Of a stretch of 64,000 nucleotides of DNA, positions 12,402-25,342 are shown piece by piece. The DNA is taken from assembly GCA_035084275.1 (NCBI GenBank), contig CM068749.1:15438001-15502000 (forward strand), written 5' to 3'. Below the pieces are notes generated by a model. That model saw only the letters and a list, made by a program, of their open reading frames with translations. It had not been told where the DNA came from and did no database searches. This stretch comes from Hydrolagus colliei (Eukaryota). The position numbers and the translations under genes are program-made. Within the stretch, counting starts at the first letter, position 1, and each line of letters begins with the position of its first letter.

Positions 12402-13614
12402 AGAGACAATAGGTATGATGAGGCAATGATAAATTGAAGTTTGCGGGTGTCTCCTGGGTACTTGTCTCAGCTTCATTGCTTGCTGATCTTTTTGTCAGTT
12501 AAGGACATTTTAGTGGCCTCAATCAATTTCTCCTAATTTAGTTGCTGGTTTCATGTACAAGAGTTTGCCTTCAAATTGTTTTATTCTTTTTGCTGAACTC
12601 CACCAGCTTGCTGGACCCATCCTCCAGCTGAATGTGATGAAGCTCAAGGGACAGCTTCCTTGTCAATTTATTTACTGCTTCTGTGAGAAAGGCATCGTCC
12701 CATCTTTCGGTTTGGAAGATATAATTGAGCCACTTAATTTAATCACTTATTGCATTCCCTTAGTTGATAAATCAGTCTATGTGTAATAAATATGAATACC
12801 TACAAAATATAGTCACTGCACTTTATAGTATATGCTGTGAAGCACTTTGTGCTCACCACCGTGTTCAAGGAAGTAGCTTCCAGTGAGGTGCAATTTAGCA
12901 CGGTAAATCGACTGCCATCGAAATTTCTGACCTCTTTGATTCTCTCTGGGATTGGTTTCCTTTTCCTCTTTTATTTTGCTTCTCACTCCCAGTAATTAAC
13001 TTCAAACATGCTGCATTCATTTTGTGGGTGATCTCTTTCTTGTCTGCAATGTGTTGAGTATACTCAGGTGTTAACCTTTAGAGTGCCAGAACCTTTCCCC
13101 ACACTCTCGTTCCTGGGCCCCAGCTATTTCTCTGTTTTCAGCTTGTGCACTACAATGCAGGAATACAGGAAACGTGAAAACAATCTGTAATACCTCTGTA
13201 ATAAAGGTGCTCAATATTTCTTAAAATCTCAACAAGAATGTTACATTGACGCAGCTGTGTGAATGCACTTTGCAACATCTTCCTGATGTGCAAGGCATTA
13301 TAGATTGCATTGTTCTATCTCAAACGTTGAGATAATTGATTAAACTAAAAGTGTCTGTACCCATCCATTCATGAATCTATTATGTTCAGTTTTCTCTTTT
13401 TTTTGTTTCTGTTACTACTGTATTTTTTTTTAACCTGTTATTACACTTTCCCCTGATTTTCTATCTAACCAGAACTCTCCGTATCCTCTCGACACTTGGC
13501 TCTGTGAGCTCAGACGTCCCTCCATCGTTGCTGGGCTTCACTGCCACCCCATGTAATGAACTCGAGATTAAATCCTCATGTTTGAGGATTTGTGACCACA
13601 AGCTCACACGATTG

Positions 13615-13775
13615 GCCTGAATGAAGAAGGCCCTTTGGACCAGATTGCTAATATACTTAACCGGATGTCCCCCATCACTACATCAAGCTGCTTTTTAGAT
13701 GAGTCTTGTATTCTGGCCTCTACTACCTTTCCTGGCAACTCTTTTAGTCCTTGATTACTCTCTGGGTAAACAAAA
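13615..13775 (-). mobile_element. Degraded CR1 3' end
   Basis: Minus-strand LPGKVVEA...SSKKQLD plus a ggtccaaagggccttctt 3'UTR motif. Confidence 0.6.
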
Positions 13776-14000
13776 ATTCCTGGGTATCTGTCATCTGCAA
13801 CTCTGCCACTCCCGCTATTCAATTGACATCTGCCTGCTACATGCCCATGTTGCCTACTCCACCATTGAGTAAGCCTTCACCTATTCTGCTCATGCTCTCT
13901 GGAATTCCACTCCAGAGTTCTTCCTCCCTCGTGATCCTCTGCTAATAAGATATGGGCCCATCCACTATATTGATGTGTCCACTGAGAACCCGATTCCTTA

Positions 14001-14299
14001 TAATAATAATCCTTACATTTGATATAGCGCTTTTCACATCTTCTAGACGTTTCAAAGCGCTTCACAGAATATACTGCAAAGTGAATTGTCTTTTTTTATG
14101 GGCAAAACGTGGCAACCAATTACGGAAAGCAGTGTCCCACAAACAGTTGTGGATTGAAATGACCCATTTATTATTGTTTTCTTTTTATTATCAGGCGTGT
14201 GGAATAACGAAAGTTGCCCAAGGTTTTGCCCTGTCTGGAATTGAACCCAGGTTTCTCGCTTGTAAGGCTAGTGCTCTAACCACTGAGCTACAGGACTCC
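14001..14299 (-). mobile_element. SINE family A, full-length short variant
   Basis: Minus strand: ggagtcctgtagctcagtggttagagcactagccttacaagcgagaaacctgggttcaattcc (A/B boxes, tRNA-Val-like TAC loop) through to a (TTA)n tail. Confidence 0.9.
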
Positions 14300-15037
14300 A
14301 CTGTACATACATCATATTATTACAATGGAATCAGTTTTGTTCAAGCCGTTCAATGTGAAAGGCTACATATAAGTACAAGTTGTTGTTGTGATAATCAGAG
14401 TATTCTCAGTCACTGGGGGATGAATTCCACCTTTAGTAAGTGAAAACTTGTATATACGCACAAACAAATCCAGCTGCAGAACCTGCAATCAATCAAAGTA
14501 AAATGTGAAGTACAATATTATTCCATTCAGTTCAGAGAATGTTGTTATCTTTATTCATTTGAACGAGAGGGCAGCTGCTTTTTAAAGGCAGTCGATCAGG
14601 AACAATTGCATCTCAAATCAGAATTCCTTAAGATCTTAGCAACAGAACTTTGTTGTTTGTAGATATCAAATGATTGCGAAGTTCTAAATAACCTAATTAT
14701 ATTATCATTTATTTTTATTCATTATGGAGTTCTTGAATGGCAATTTGCTTCTTGAGTGGCTGAACACTGATTCGGAGTCACGATTATTGCTTAATTGGAG
14801 GGAAACAAAACGTGTAATTTTCCAAAATGAACTGGTGGCATCTGAAGACTGAGGGTAATCTGCCTGGAACTGTGCGGCTAATTTGTGTTCTGATGAAGGT
14901 TGCAGCCAAAACGCAACCTATCTTACGTTTTCAGATGCTCACTCGATTCACTGATGGTGCCATCCAGCATTCTCAGTTTAGCCTTTTCGCTCCATTCACT
15001 TGCCAGTTTACAACTTGCGTTGTTATCATTCTGTACA

Positions 15038-15055
15038 GCCACTAGATGGTAGCAG
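15038..15055 (+). promoter_or_regulatory. CTCF-like motif
   Basis: gccactagatggtagcag against the recalled consensus CCACTAGATGGCAGCA (one substitution). Confidence 0.4.
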
Positions 15056-16405
15056 TACAATTACAGCTCAAGAGCGAGAGGTAAGGACCAGGCACAAGCA
15101 GTCCAAAGGACCTTTTCTGCTGCATTGATGGCATATTTAATTTGTGCTAAGCCTATTTGCGAACAAATTACTTTGAAAATTAATAATGTAAGCACAAATT
15201 TTTAATATTTCATAGGAGGGAATATTAAAAGGCACGATTTTTAAGATTGTTTGATTACGAAACCAGAAATTCATCTATACAAAGAGTGTTGAGTTTCAAG
15301 TATGTTGGTGATAATACCCTGCCAGTGGAAACGAAAGTCTAATGCTTGTTTTGAGGATAAAATATTTTTGAAGAGTTTTGTATCTGGAAATATATATATA
15401 AAAATGCACAATCAAATAGCAGTACGAGATTCCAGTTGTAACTATTAGGCTTGATGATGAGATTGCAACTTGGCCGTCTTTCAAGAGCCACTTTTTGTTG
15501 GTGACTTGCCAGGCTGTGGATGAAGCAAACAATAGGCTACTCTCTGTCAGAATATAGGAAAAATGTTCAGGAAGCCTGAACCCACCTTGCCAATGGCCGT
15601 AAAAGTGCCCGAAACCCAGATTGGATTCCTGTTAATAATTGATGGGGGCCATTGCAGACCAAGGTGATACACAAGCTGTGAATGTAATGGATGGAGGGAA
15701 GGACAGAAAATACAGTGTTTCATTCATGAACACAGCAGCAATTTTCCGAATTAATTTAGAGTTTTCACTGGCACTAGCTTCTCTTTTCTCAGGTACCATG
15801 ATTCAGGCAGCAGGTGACCATGTTTAAAATCCACTGAGCAGGATCTATAATAATAATCCTTACATTTGTATAGCGCTTTCCATGTCTTATCACGTCTTAT
15901 CAACCTCTCAAAGCGCTAAAAGGATCTGTTGAATTAATAAAATATACTTGTGGGGTTTCTGTGCAATGACATATCTGTGCCTGCTCTTCTTTTACTTGTT
16001 GAAATGCAGCAATGATGCTTCTTCTCTGAATCTTGGAACAGCCAGGAACTAACTCCTCATAAGAACAAATTGGTGATTAATAGGGACAGAGCAGTAGCAG
16101 GAAAGGTGCCACCCCATAAAGCCAGAGAAAGTTTAATAGAGACTGAAAGGACTTGAGGGATAAGGAGTCAGAGTAAAAGAGGGTGAATAAAAGAGCGACT
16201 TTGGATCAATCATGGGCAAATGGCATGAACGGGCTAGAGTGAGCTCCATAAGAATCAGGATTCATGATTAAGTGAAGTGAGGGAGGTACATCTTCCATGA
16301 AGAAATTGTGATTCAACAACAGCTTGTCGTAAATATGCCATTCACTGAGCATTTGGTACACTTTGACACGTGTAAATATAATTGTCCAAATTGTGCAGAT
16401 CTAAG

Positions 16406-16670
16406 GCCATCACTCAGAGGATTCAATTCAGGATCCTGGTCCTCACCTTTAAAGCCCTGCATATCCTTGCCCCACCTTATCTCTGCGACCTCGAAACCCC
16501 CTACCAACCTCACCGATCAGCGTGCTGCGGCCTCCTCCGTGTCCCCCGATCCACTCACTCCACCATCAGTGGGCAAGCCTTCAACCACTCTGCCTCTAAC
16601 TTCTGTAATTCCATCCCACAATCACTCCCCGTTATCCCCCCACCCACCCTCCTTGTGTTGTTGTTTTCAT
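16406..16670 (+). mobile_element. L2 LINE 3' fragment
   Basis: ITQRIQFRILVLTFKALHILAPPYLCDL...GQAFNHSASNFCNSIP, ending in a (ttg)n tail. Confidence 0.85.
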
Positions 16671-19600
16671 GTTGAACGATTGTAGTTGGGCAGGAGGCCT
16701 GTTTCATGCGATGTCATTCTACGTAATTTTATGGACAACCAGGAATTTCAAACCCGATTTGGGGAAAGTTGTGTTTCTGTCTCACCTCAATTTATATTAT
16801 GTATTTGCAGTAACTATCAAGGACACTTTTAAACTTACAAGTTCCTGGGTGGTACATTGGATTTTTATCAGTTCTAAAGTGTTATAAAGTCTAGTCTTTT
16901 TCCTAATGTTTAAGGATCAGCCAGTGCTCGGCACTGTGGAGCTTTGTGGATGTGCTTAGGTAATATAACTCCAGCCTAGTAGCTTGCACCACTTTGCTAT
17001 AGATACTATATCCAACATGACTTGCTTAGAGCAGAGTCTTGTTCTCTTGTTCTCTCCAGTTCTTTCAGAGCAGACTGAAAAAATCTGTATACAAAATCCA
17101 GACAATCTGGCTCCAATCAATCACTCAACTCAACTAAGTGCTTCTCAAGGAAACTACAGTAACCCTTTCTATCACTACACTACAAAAATTGGCCAAATCT
17201 TGAATTTCATTACCTTTTTTAGACGTACCACATTTTGCTTTTTCCTCTGCTCGGCATGGTTCAGCTATTTGCATACCCTTGCTGGCATCTTTGCTCCGTG
17301 TTAAAGAATTATTGACATTTGTCAGTTGAATCCAGAGAAATGCTCTGTGTTATTGAGCAATAACATTTCACCGACTAGCCTGTCTCTAGGTAACAGTTCC
17401 ATACTGTTCCAGGTACACATAAATTGACTTCTATACTGTTATTAATTTATAAAAGCAATGATGTTTGAACATCTGCATGGTTAAAACTGATTTTTCGTAC
17501 AGCAGGACGCTGTGACACAAGGTGAAATTGACTGCTAAAATAGGTTCTGGAGTGCAAGCATCCGAACAATATTATACGTTCACCATTTTCCCCCCCACCA
17601 CCCCCCTTTCAACAAATAGTATTTGACTAAAGAATGTTACTATTCTCCTGCTGATCTGCACAGTATACAGGCTTATTGCTTTTCCTAATGCGAAAAGGAA
17701 CAGCTAGTAACTTGATTTGGAGATGCCTGACTCAATTACTTTGCGCTCAGGAGAGTTGCAGCATTTCCTTCAAAGGTAGGTGCTGCTTCTATGCAATAGC
17801 AAATGCTTTTTGATTGCTTTAGTGGTCCGTTTTACTTTATTACACTGTATTGTGTTCTGGCAGTGTGGTAGATGTTGAAGGCATTTATTGGGTTCCTCAA
17901 TGTCAGTATGGTCTACAGAGTCCAAGGCATTGTAATCCCATGACTAAAATGGGCAGATTCTTACGAAGAATGTCGATTGTATAATTTGCATTTGTGGTTT
18001 TTAGGTCAGTGTGTCTGGTATGCCATCCTACCAGAAGGGAACAAGTGAAGAATAAGACCAGCCTAGCCTTTTGAGCAAGCCTGAATCTTTGATCTAATTT
18101 GTGGAAGAAAGATTAAAAATGTTTCATAATGCAATTCCTTTCCACTCAAACGGGATGCATTGATTTATATGCCAAGCAATGCAAATGAGCACTGTTCTTG
18201 GAAAGGATATAATTAATATGTCTGGTTGATGGGGAAGAGAATAATTTTTTTTAGAGGTGCTAAACTTCTGAAATTTGAGAATCTGGAACTGAAAAGGTTC
18301 TCCAGCTGGCTCATGTGTTTGTTTCCTCGATTCCACGAGGAAACAGTAGTACAAGAGAAGACCAGTGATACTCAACTCTTCCCTAGCTGACTCCACATGA
18401 AGTTTGTCATCACCACTCACTGACTGGATACTCAGCAAAGAGTAGACGACTATAGAAAGGGGCTGCGCCAGACTGTAAGATCAAACTTTTGTCCTTTCAC
18501 TTGAATGCCAAGAGTTCCCACTTGATGGATTTTATCCCTTTAAGCTATCTGGTAGACTTTTTTTTTCAAAAACAATTACTGAAAAGTACATATCCATAGT
18601 TCAAGTAAAGTAACTTTGCTTTCTTTTAAGGGGAGAAAAAAAGGAACATTTTTCGACAGCATCATGATATTCAAAGAACCAATTAAAAATCCGATAGGCA
18701 CCACCATATGGACTACTGGAAAAAAGGGAAAGTCAAGTGATTCTCATCTTTTATGAATAGGGTGTAATATGTTACAAAGCTGTTGTTATATGAATGAATA
18801 CATTAATAAATCTTGATGTTTGGTTTGAAATTCTCTAATTAGACTTGCTCTTCAGGAGAGTAGCCTGTAGCGGGACAGGGCTCCACACTCGAAGAGGCAG
18901 GAGGATTTCAGTATTTTTCAGTGGGACACACAATGGGAAGGTACAAAATACCTGTGTAAGACAATTAAGGAATATCCTATCAGAAATACATTTAAGTACG
19001 ATTTATATTGAATATTACTACTAATAAAGAGGGCTAGTAAAAATACTTCCCTGTGTGTATGAAGCAGTGCTGGGGTATTTTGTAAATCCATCAGTTTTAC
19101 TAGCTCACCCCTGACTGACAGATTGACAGATTACATTGAAATGAAATACTCTGACTCGAAGAATATAATCATGCAAAACCTCACGGCTTTGTTTACTGCA
19201 GCACTGAATCTTATTCTCTGCAGATCAAAAGGTAAATGGAAACGATTTGTTATCCTTATGTTTGAGATATCTCCCTGGCCTCTGTAACTTTAATTGCACC
19301 AACATAAATTTTGGGGGGAATGAAGAAATGAGTTGTGAAAGCATTATAACTTGTTAACTGAAGTAATATAACACTTCTAGAACCGTTTGTAATATGCAAT
19401 CTTAGAATACAATGTATTGCTAGATGGCTATGGTGGATGTGAAACTTGCATGTAATTATGCAGATCGTTTAAAAATGGAGATCAGATAAATAAATCATTA
19501 TCGTTGGAACTAATAACTTTCTAATCTCAAGCGACTGTTGGAAAATGCCTATTCAAACACTTTTGGACAGGAAATAAAATGGTTCCTCATCATAAGTGGG

Positions 19601-19916
19601 GTCCCGTTGTAATAATCACAGCTTTTATTAAAGCTTTACAGTTTTGGTTTCATTAATTGTTGTAATAATCTTAGATTCCAGTCAAGAGAAGCGAGGGGCA
19701 GTTTTAGGGCTAAGCAATCACAGGAACACAAGAGATCCTGGGATCCTAATCCAGCAGGGCCAAATGAGACTTAAAAATAAGCCAAAATTAAAATTGCTGC
19801 AAAAATGAACTTGAAGTTTCTGCTTTCAATTTCAGGTTCCAGAACTTCATTAAAGTGGTATGACTTTTATTAACGGGGTGGAAACGGCAATCATTCAAAA
19901 CAATATTATAATACTG

Positions 19917-20225
19917 TAATAATAAAGCTTACTTTTGACACAGCCTCTTATCATATCATTGAGAAGTCTCAAAGCACTTCACAGAGTATACTGTAAAGTG
20001 AATTGACTGTATATTTGTGGGCGAAATGCGGCAGTCAATTGCGCGCAGCATCCCCACAAAAAGTCGTGGGTTGAAAATGACCAACTTTTTATTCTTGTGT
20101 TTTTTTTTGGATGATTATTATTAGGTGTGTGGAATAAGGAAACTTGTCCAAGGTTTCGCCCTGATCTGCCTGGAATCAAACACACGCTTGTAAGGCGAGT
20201 GCTCTAACCACTGAGTTACAGGAGC
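19917..20225 (-). mobile_element. SINE family A, short variant
   Basis: Same head, body and tail as the copy at 14001-14299. Confidence 0.85.
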
Positions 20226-21174
20226 TACACTTTTGAATGCCCTCCTTTTGCACTGTAAATGTCTTTGATTGCAGGAAATGTTAAACTATTCAATGGTGAG
20301 ATAGGACACATATCTGCATTAATGCAAGTGGCTCTGATAACACTGACTCTGTGCTTGTGAGGGCATTACTTTTACAGTAAATCCTTCTTAAGAGTAAATG
20401 TATTCTGGGTTTTCCTTAGCATCATGTGCAAATCATCCTTGGAACCTGCACAAATTCTGAAGTTCAGAAAGAATATTTGCTATTTAAATGCATTTCTAAG
20501 ATAATGTCTTTCATATTGAAATAAGTGATTTGTAGAAGCCCAGCATTCTATTTATAAGGAAAGACATTTGCATGATATTAACAAAATAAATTTGGTGCAA
20601 CATTTCTTTTCTAAGTAGAAGTAATTTAGATTTTTAAATAAAGTATATATATATTTAACATAGACATACATTTAAGCATCATCATTGTTCTGTGAAATAC
20701 TTATAAGGGCTTTAAAGGTTAAACTGTATCTCTACTTTTTTTTTAACAGTGAAACATCTCATGTAAAGTCTGGATTGACATAGACTGAAAAGGTTTCCTG
20801 GAAGAATTAGAAATATTTAAATGGAAAATGTTGAGAATGTCAACAAATTCTCCTCTATAGAATTTTAACTAAATTCTTCAATTGTGTTCTTCAGCAAATT
20901 GTTTGGTTAGATGTGTGTTCAAAAATACATAATCATAGAAATTCCATTCAGCCTATTGTGTCTGGCCGAACATGAATTGGCTATGTATTGTTCTCTTTCT
21001 CTGGCCACCCCCAAAGTAAACAATTAGTTAGACCTATTTCAGGTTTCAGAATCATTGTTTAATGATTACATTTTGATTTCTTTACTTGTGAAGAATCATT
21101 TCTATTTGCTATTTTCTATGAATGTTATGCTTATCAAGGGAAGGATGATGATATGAGAGGATGAAGTTTTATTT

Positions 21175-21358
21175 TCCTCCCTTCACTCAATGCCAGTATT
21201 GAATGCTCCCATGTTGCCCATGAACTGCCAAAATGTGTTTCAACCTCAACCTCAGAAGAACATTCCTTTCTGTACAAGTAGGACGTTTCCGTTCACAAGA
21301 CCGTCTATCTTTTTGACTTCTCCTCCCTTCACTCAATGCCAGTATTGAATGCTCCCAT
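21175..21358 (+). repeat. 38-bp exact direct repeat (21175-21212 and 21321-21358)
   Basis: tcctcccttcactcaatgccagtattgaatgctcccat occurs twice with a 108-bp spacer. Confidence 0.9.
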
Positions 21359-21911
21359 ATTGGCCTTCCCAATTCCTCCCTCCATAGGCTACAGATAATC
21401 CAGAACTCTGTGTCCTCTACCGCTCCAAGCTTTGTGGCCCCCATCTCCCCATCCTCGCCTGACTCCATTGGCTCCCCGTCACCCACAGGATTCAATTCAA
21501 GATCCTGGTCCTCACCTTCAAAGCCTTCCATTCCTCGCCTTCCTCTGTGACCTCCTAACCCCCTACCAACCTGACCACCCCCTCCGCTCAGCAGGATCCT
21601 GCCTGCTCCACATCCCCCGATCCACCCGCCCTACCATTGGCGGGCGAGCCTTCAGCCACTCTGCCTCCAACCTCTGGAACTCCATCCCACAGTCCCTCTG
21701 CCTCGGCCCTCCCTAGCCTCCTTCAAGTCCTGCCTCAAGACCCTCCTCTTTGACGGTCCCATCGGTCCCGCCAACTCCCCCCCAACCCCCCCTTTCCTTC
21801 CACCCTCCCTGATCCCCCACCCCACCTTGGGTCTGTAACATTGACTGCCCAGCGCCTTGGGATATCCTCCCAACATGAAAGGTGTTGTACAAGTGTAATT
21901 TTGTTGTTGTT
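21359..21911 (+). mobile_element. L2 LINE 3' fragment
   Basis: GLPNSSLHRLQIIQN...LHWLP...TIGGRAFSHSASNLWNSIP; tail tgaaaggtgttgtacaagtgtaattttgttgttgtt. Confidence 0.9.
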
Positions 21912-23104
21912 CTGTGAGCAAGATTGTCCAATTAGTGCCAAGCTTTAACTACTTTTGCGTCCTGGATTATATCCAGCGAGAACTCAGACAAGATCAAGAT
22001 TACTTATTTTAGCATGGAACAGATGGAACATTTATCCCACCACTTGGGACTGGATTTAAACTCGGGTTTAAGAGCTGGAAAAAATGTGTTCAATCCATTG
22101 TATTGCATATCTTCACGCTCTAGCTACCCACAGTTATTAGGAGGCGTAAAACCAGTTCAACAAAAGTACTGTGAGCTCAAAAGAAAGTGAGAGTTATACA
22201 ACGGGAACAGCCTACCGTGACAGCAGGTTTCTGTCAGTTCTTTGTGATACTGGAACAAGAGTCCCAGCGTTCCATTCAAATTATGAATACTCAACTCTTT
22301 TAGCAGCCAAGTTAAGCTGCTAGATTTATCTTGTGGTTCACTGAGCAACACAACATAAAAATTGTTAACTCTTTGGAGTTCCAACGTAAACCTACATCAG
22401 AATTGATATAGAGTTTGAACTTGTAAGACATATTAACTTAAGATATTGCACAAATATCTTCAAAGCGGACAACTCTGTCCAAAATGCCCACGTTTGAGAT
22501 TTATTTGGATGTTAGGTGGGCTGATACCTTCCCTAATCCAATGAACTCACCTTTTGCTAACATTTTGCTTCGATATTTTTGGAGCAAAGTCAAACGTGAA
22601 ATGTCACCATCATGCAGATTGAAGATGGTAGTTCTGCTGAATCAGTTGCCTTTCTTTCCTTTGCATTGAGTATCAGTATCAAGCACTCCCAGAACAGATA
22701 AAGCAGGGGTTAAACCCATTGAAAATCTTACCTTCCAATGGGTCTGAATGTTAACCTCAAAAGAGGACTTTACCGCAACAGTGCAATATTTCCTTAAACC
22801 GCGTCATCCATTTCAATGATCTCTGAATGAAACTAAAATACAATAACATTCGTTCTGAATTATAAGGCCCTCTGTGCTATGCACTTGTATCATCTTGGAA
22901 CTGTGGTGGTTCTAGTTCAGCTTTCCAGAAATTAAAGGACAGAAAACTGATGTGAACTACTGACCGTGTGTAGTGATGGCAGTATTGTCCTTAATAGTCC
23001 CTTTTGGATAATCCTAATATTCTTGTGTCTTTGACAAGCTGATGGACAGTGTCACATATTTATAGATGATGCCCCAAATTCTCAATATCAACATTCTTTG
23101 ATAT

Positions 23105-23365
23105 TCAGGGATATTGAACATGTATTTAAGATGGTGATGCAAAGAGGATTATAGTTTTGAGAAGGGGATAAATTTTCTATAATAGAGCTAAGGTCAAAAG
23201 CATTTGGGTATGGAAGCAAAACTGATAGCCTCTGCATGTTGAGATATCTCAGAAATCATCAGCTAAGCTGGAGAAGCTGTTGATATTTGAAACATTTTTA
23301 AACTGATAGTATTTGTGCAGACAGTCCAGGCGGATATAGAGAGGCTAGAAAGAGCAGGCGGAACT
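23105..23365 (+). mobile_element. Highly degraded CR1 3' end
   Basis: Loose similarity to 10210-10500 (gggatat...tatttaagatg...gaggatt...; acatttttaaa...gat...tatttg). Confidence 0.35.
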
Positions 23366-25318
23366 AATGAGAAGGAATGTATTGGAGGACACTACAGTCA
23401 AGTCCAATCAGGATGAGCTGCTTCCATCCTACAATAAAGAGAATACTCAATGGAGAATTGTGGATTGCAGAATATATTCTGTTTGTCAAGAAAATCTACT
23501 GCACAGTCCTCCATTTACAATTCTATTGATATCATCTGAATTTTTTTTGGGTGGGGGAACATTGAGTCATTCATTTCAATTTAAATCTTGAAAAAAATAT
23601 ATAAATTATATGTCTACTGACTATTTTCAGCACAGCTTTCACTTGAATATTTTCTCAACAAATTACATAAGCTGCCTCTCTCCAGAAGTGAGTTTCAGCA
23701 TCATAAAACTCAATTTAAAAGTGACAGAATTTAAATTTGTTGGACCATCTCAGCTAAAAATGGAAGGTATTGCAGGACTGAATCTCAAAGTTGGGGCAGC
23801 ATTTTAACTCCACGATTCAATCAAAAGATAAGACAACTTAAAAGAGCTTTCAGAACTGTTATTTGATCAGGCAGATATAGTTTGAACTTTGTGCCATGGT
23901 CAAGCTCCAGTTTTCAAAAGCATTTTGCATTTGTTTTTATCATGGAGTAAAACTCATCATCGTTTCATATATTGGCATTGCAATTGTCTCTTTTGTATGG
24001 GGACACTCCAGTGAATCTCTTTGTTTCTGCCGATGGATTTTCAAATTGACAACTAAAGGGAAAGTGTTATGTTGTGGACAAAGTGAGAGTGATGAAACAC
24101 AATGCTTTTAATGTGAGACAATGTTGCAGAATAAAAATGCATTCAGACCAATATTTTTTGCTAGTGATAGAGAAAAGAATACCATCAATTTTGTTTTGTA
24201 ATAGACAAAAGAGCTTTAAGCTGCCATTCCTGTATGAAACGAGCAACTAAAATAAAACTGACTGCTCTATTTTGAATAATGTTTATTGATATTTGGAATT
24301 ACCCCTGCCGTGAGATTTGCAGAGTTCAGTGTATGAAAGATTTTATTTAGAAATATATGTTTGTAAAGATTTCTGTACAGAGAATGCATCACAGTTTCTA
24401 CTGGAGTATAAATGTTGCCAGTAAGAGGGAAATCAAATGCCACAGACGCATAAACCTTTGGTGACCTGGCCACCTCCACATTATTGAAGTGGTACTTGTG
24501 CTATATATCAAAAACAGAAATTATTTGTAAATCTGTATTATTATTGTTGAACAGACAGTGAAGAAAATGATTTCCCCACTTTGATATTACAAGTTGAAGT
24601 AAATCTCAAACAAAATATAATTTGACGTAAATTCAAGAAACATCCTCCTCCCCCCATCCCCAATTTGCAGGAAATCAGTGCGGTGTCCCTGTGTTCAGCA
24701 CTCAACTCTTTGACCAGAAGTGGATCAATGTGAACAGTCAATACTGTACATAGAGATCACTGCAGGAGCTTCCTTTGCTGGCTGCTTGCTGCAAGCAATG
24801 TGTGTACCTCACATTAATGGCTGTGACTGCAGCAAATCTCCTCATTGCAAGAGTTGAATATTCAAATGAGCTCATTAATGAATGGCCAGATATTTAGGGA
24901 ATTTAGTTTTAATTCTGCATAGTGCCTCATATCTGGATCAAATGTACATTCATGTCACTGAATGTGTTCCCTCCCTGAAATGAAGAACCAAAAAAAAAAT
25001 TATCTTGAGCGTGACTAGTAAATAGTATGCATTTCGACAGTAAGAATAGATAAGGTGCCTAGCAATTTAGAAGACAATCTCCATAATGCATGTTTTAGTT
25101 CTAATATTCTATCCAGTTATTTTTATACAGGGACATTTCACTATTTTATCAGGTTCTATGGCTGATACCTGCAATAGAGACAGTTCATATTGCAACGGAA
25201 TCCCAATGTGATTTTGCCTGTGAAATGCTGCTGTTTTCTAAACATAGATTTTATGCACCTTCGACTGTGTCAATCAACATCATCACTTAATGTATGAATA
25301 AATTACGCAAACCATAAT

Positions 25319-25342
25319 TTTATTATCTGCAGTATATTTACA
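25319..25342 (-). promoter_or_regulatory. Probable ADGRL4 polyadenylation signal (AATAAA, 25324-25319) preceded by TGTAAATA (Pumilio/CFIm-type element); implies a 3'UTR of about 1.3 kb
   Basis: First minus-strand AATAAA I found downstream of the stop codon. TGTAAATA lies at 25342-25335 and GT-rich sequence follows. Confidence 0.55.

Noticed and set aside
14230-14299. tRNA-like cloverleaf sequences (also at 20160, 41340, 43490, 55781)
   Set aside because: They are SINE heads continuous with SINE bodies, not tRNA genes.
13952-14443. 163-aa ORF
   Set aside because: Runs antisense through a SINE copy; not a gene.
1-25300. A second protein-coding gene downstream of ADGRL4
   Set aside because: No ORF or spliceable exon chain with recognisable homology. 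Listed ORFs are short or repeat-derived. Small exons or lncRNA cannot be excluded.
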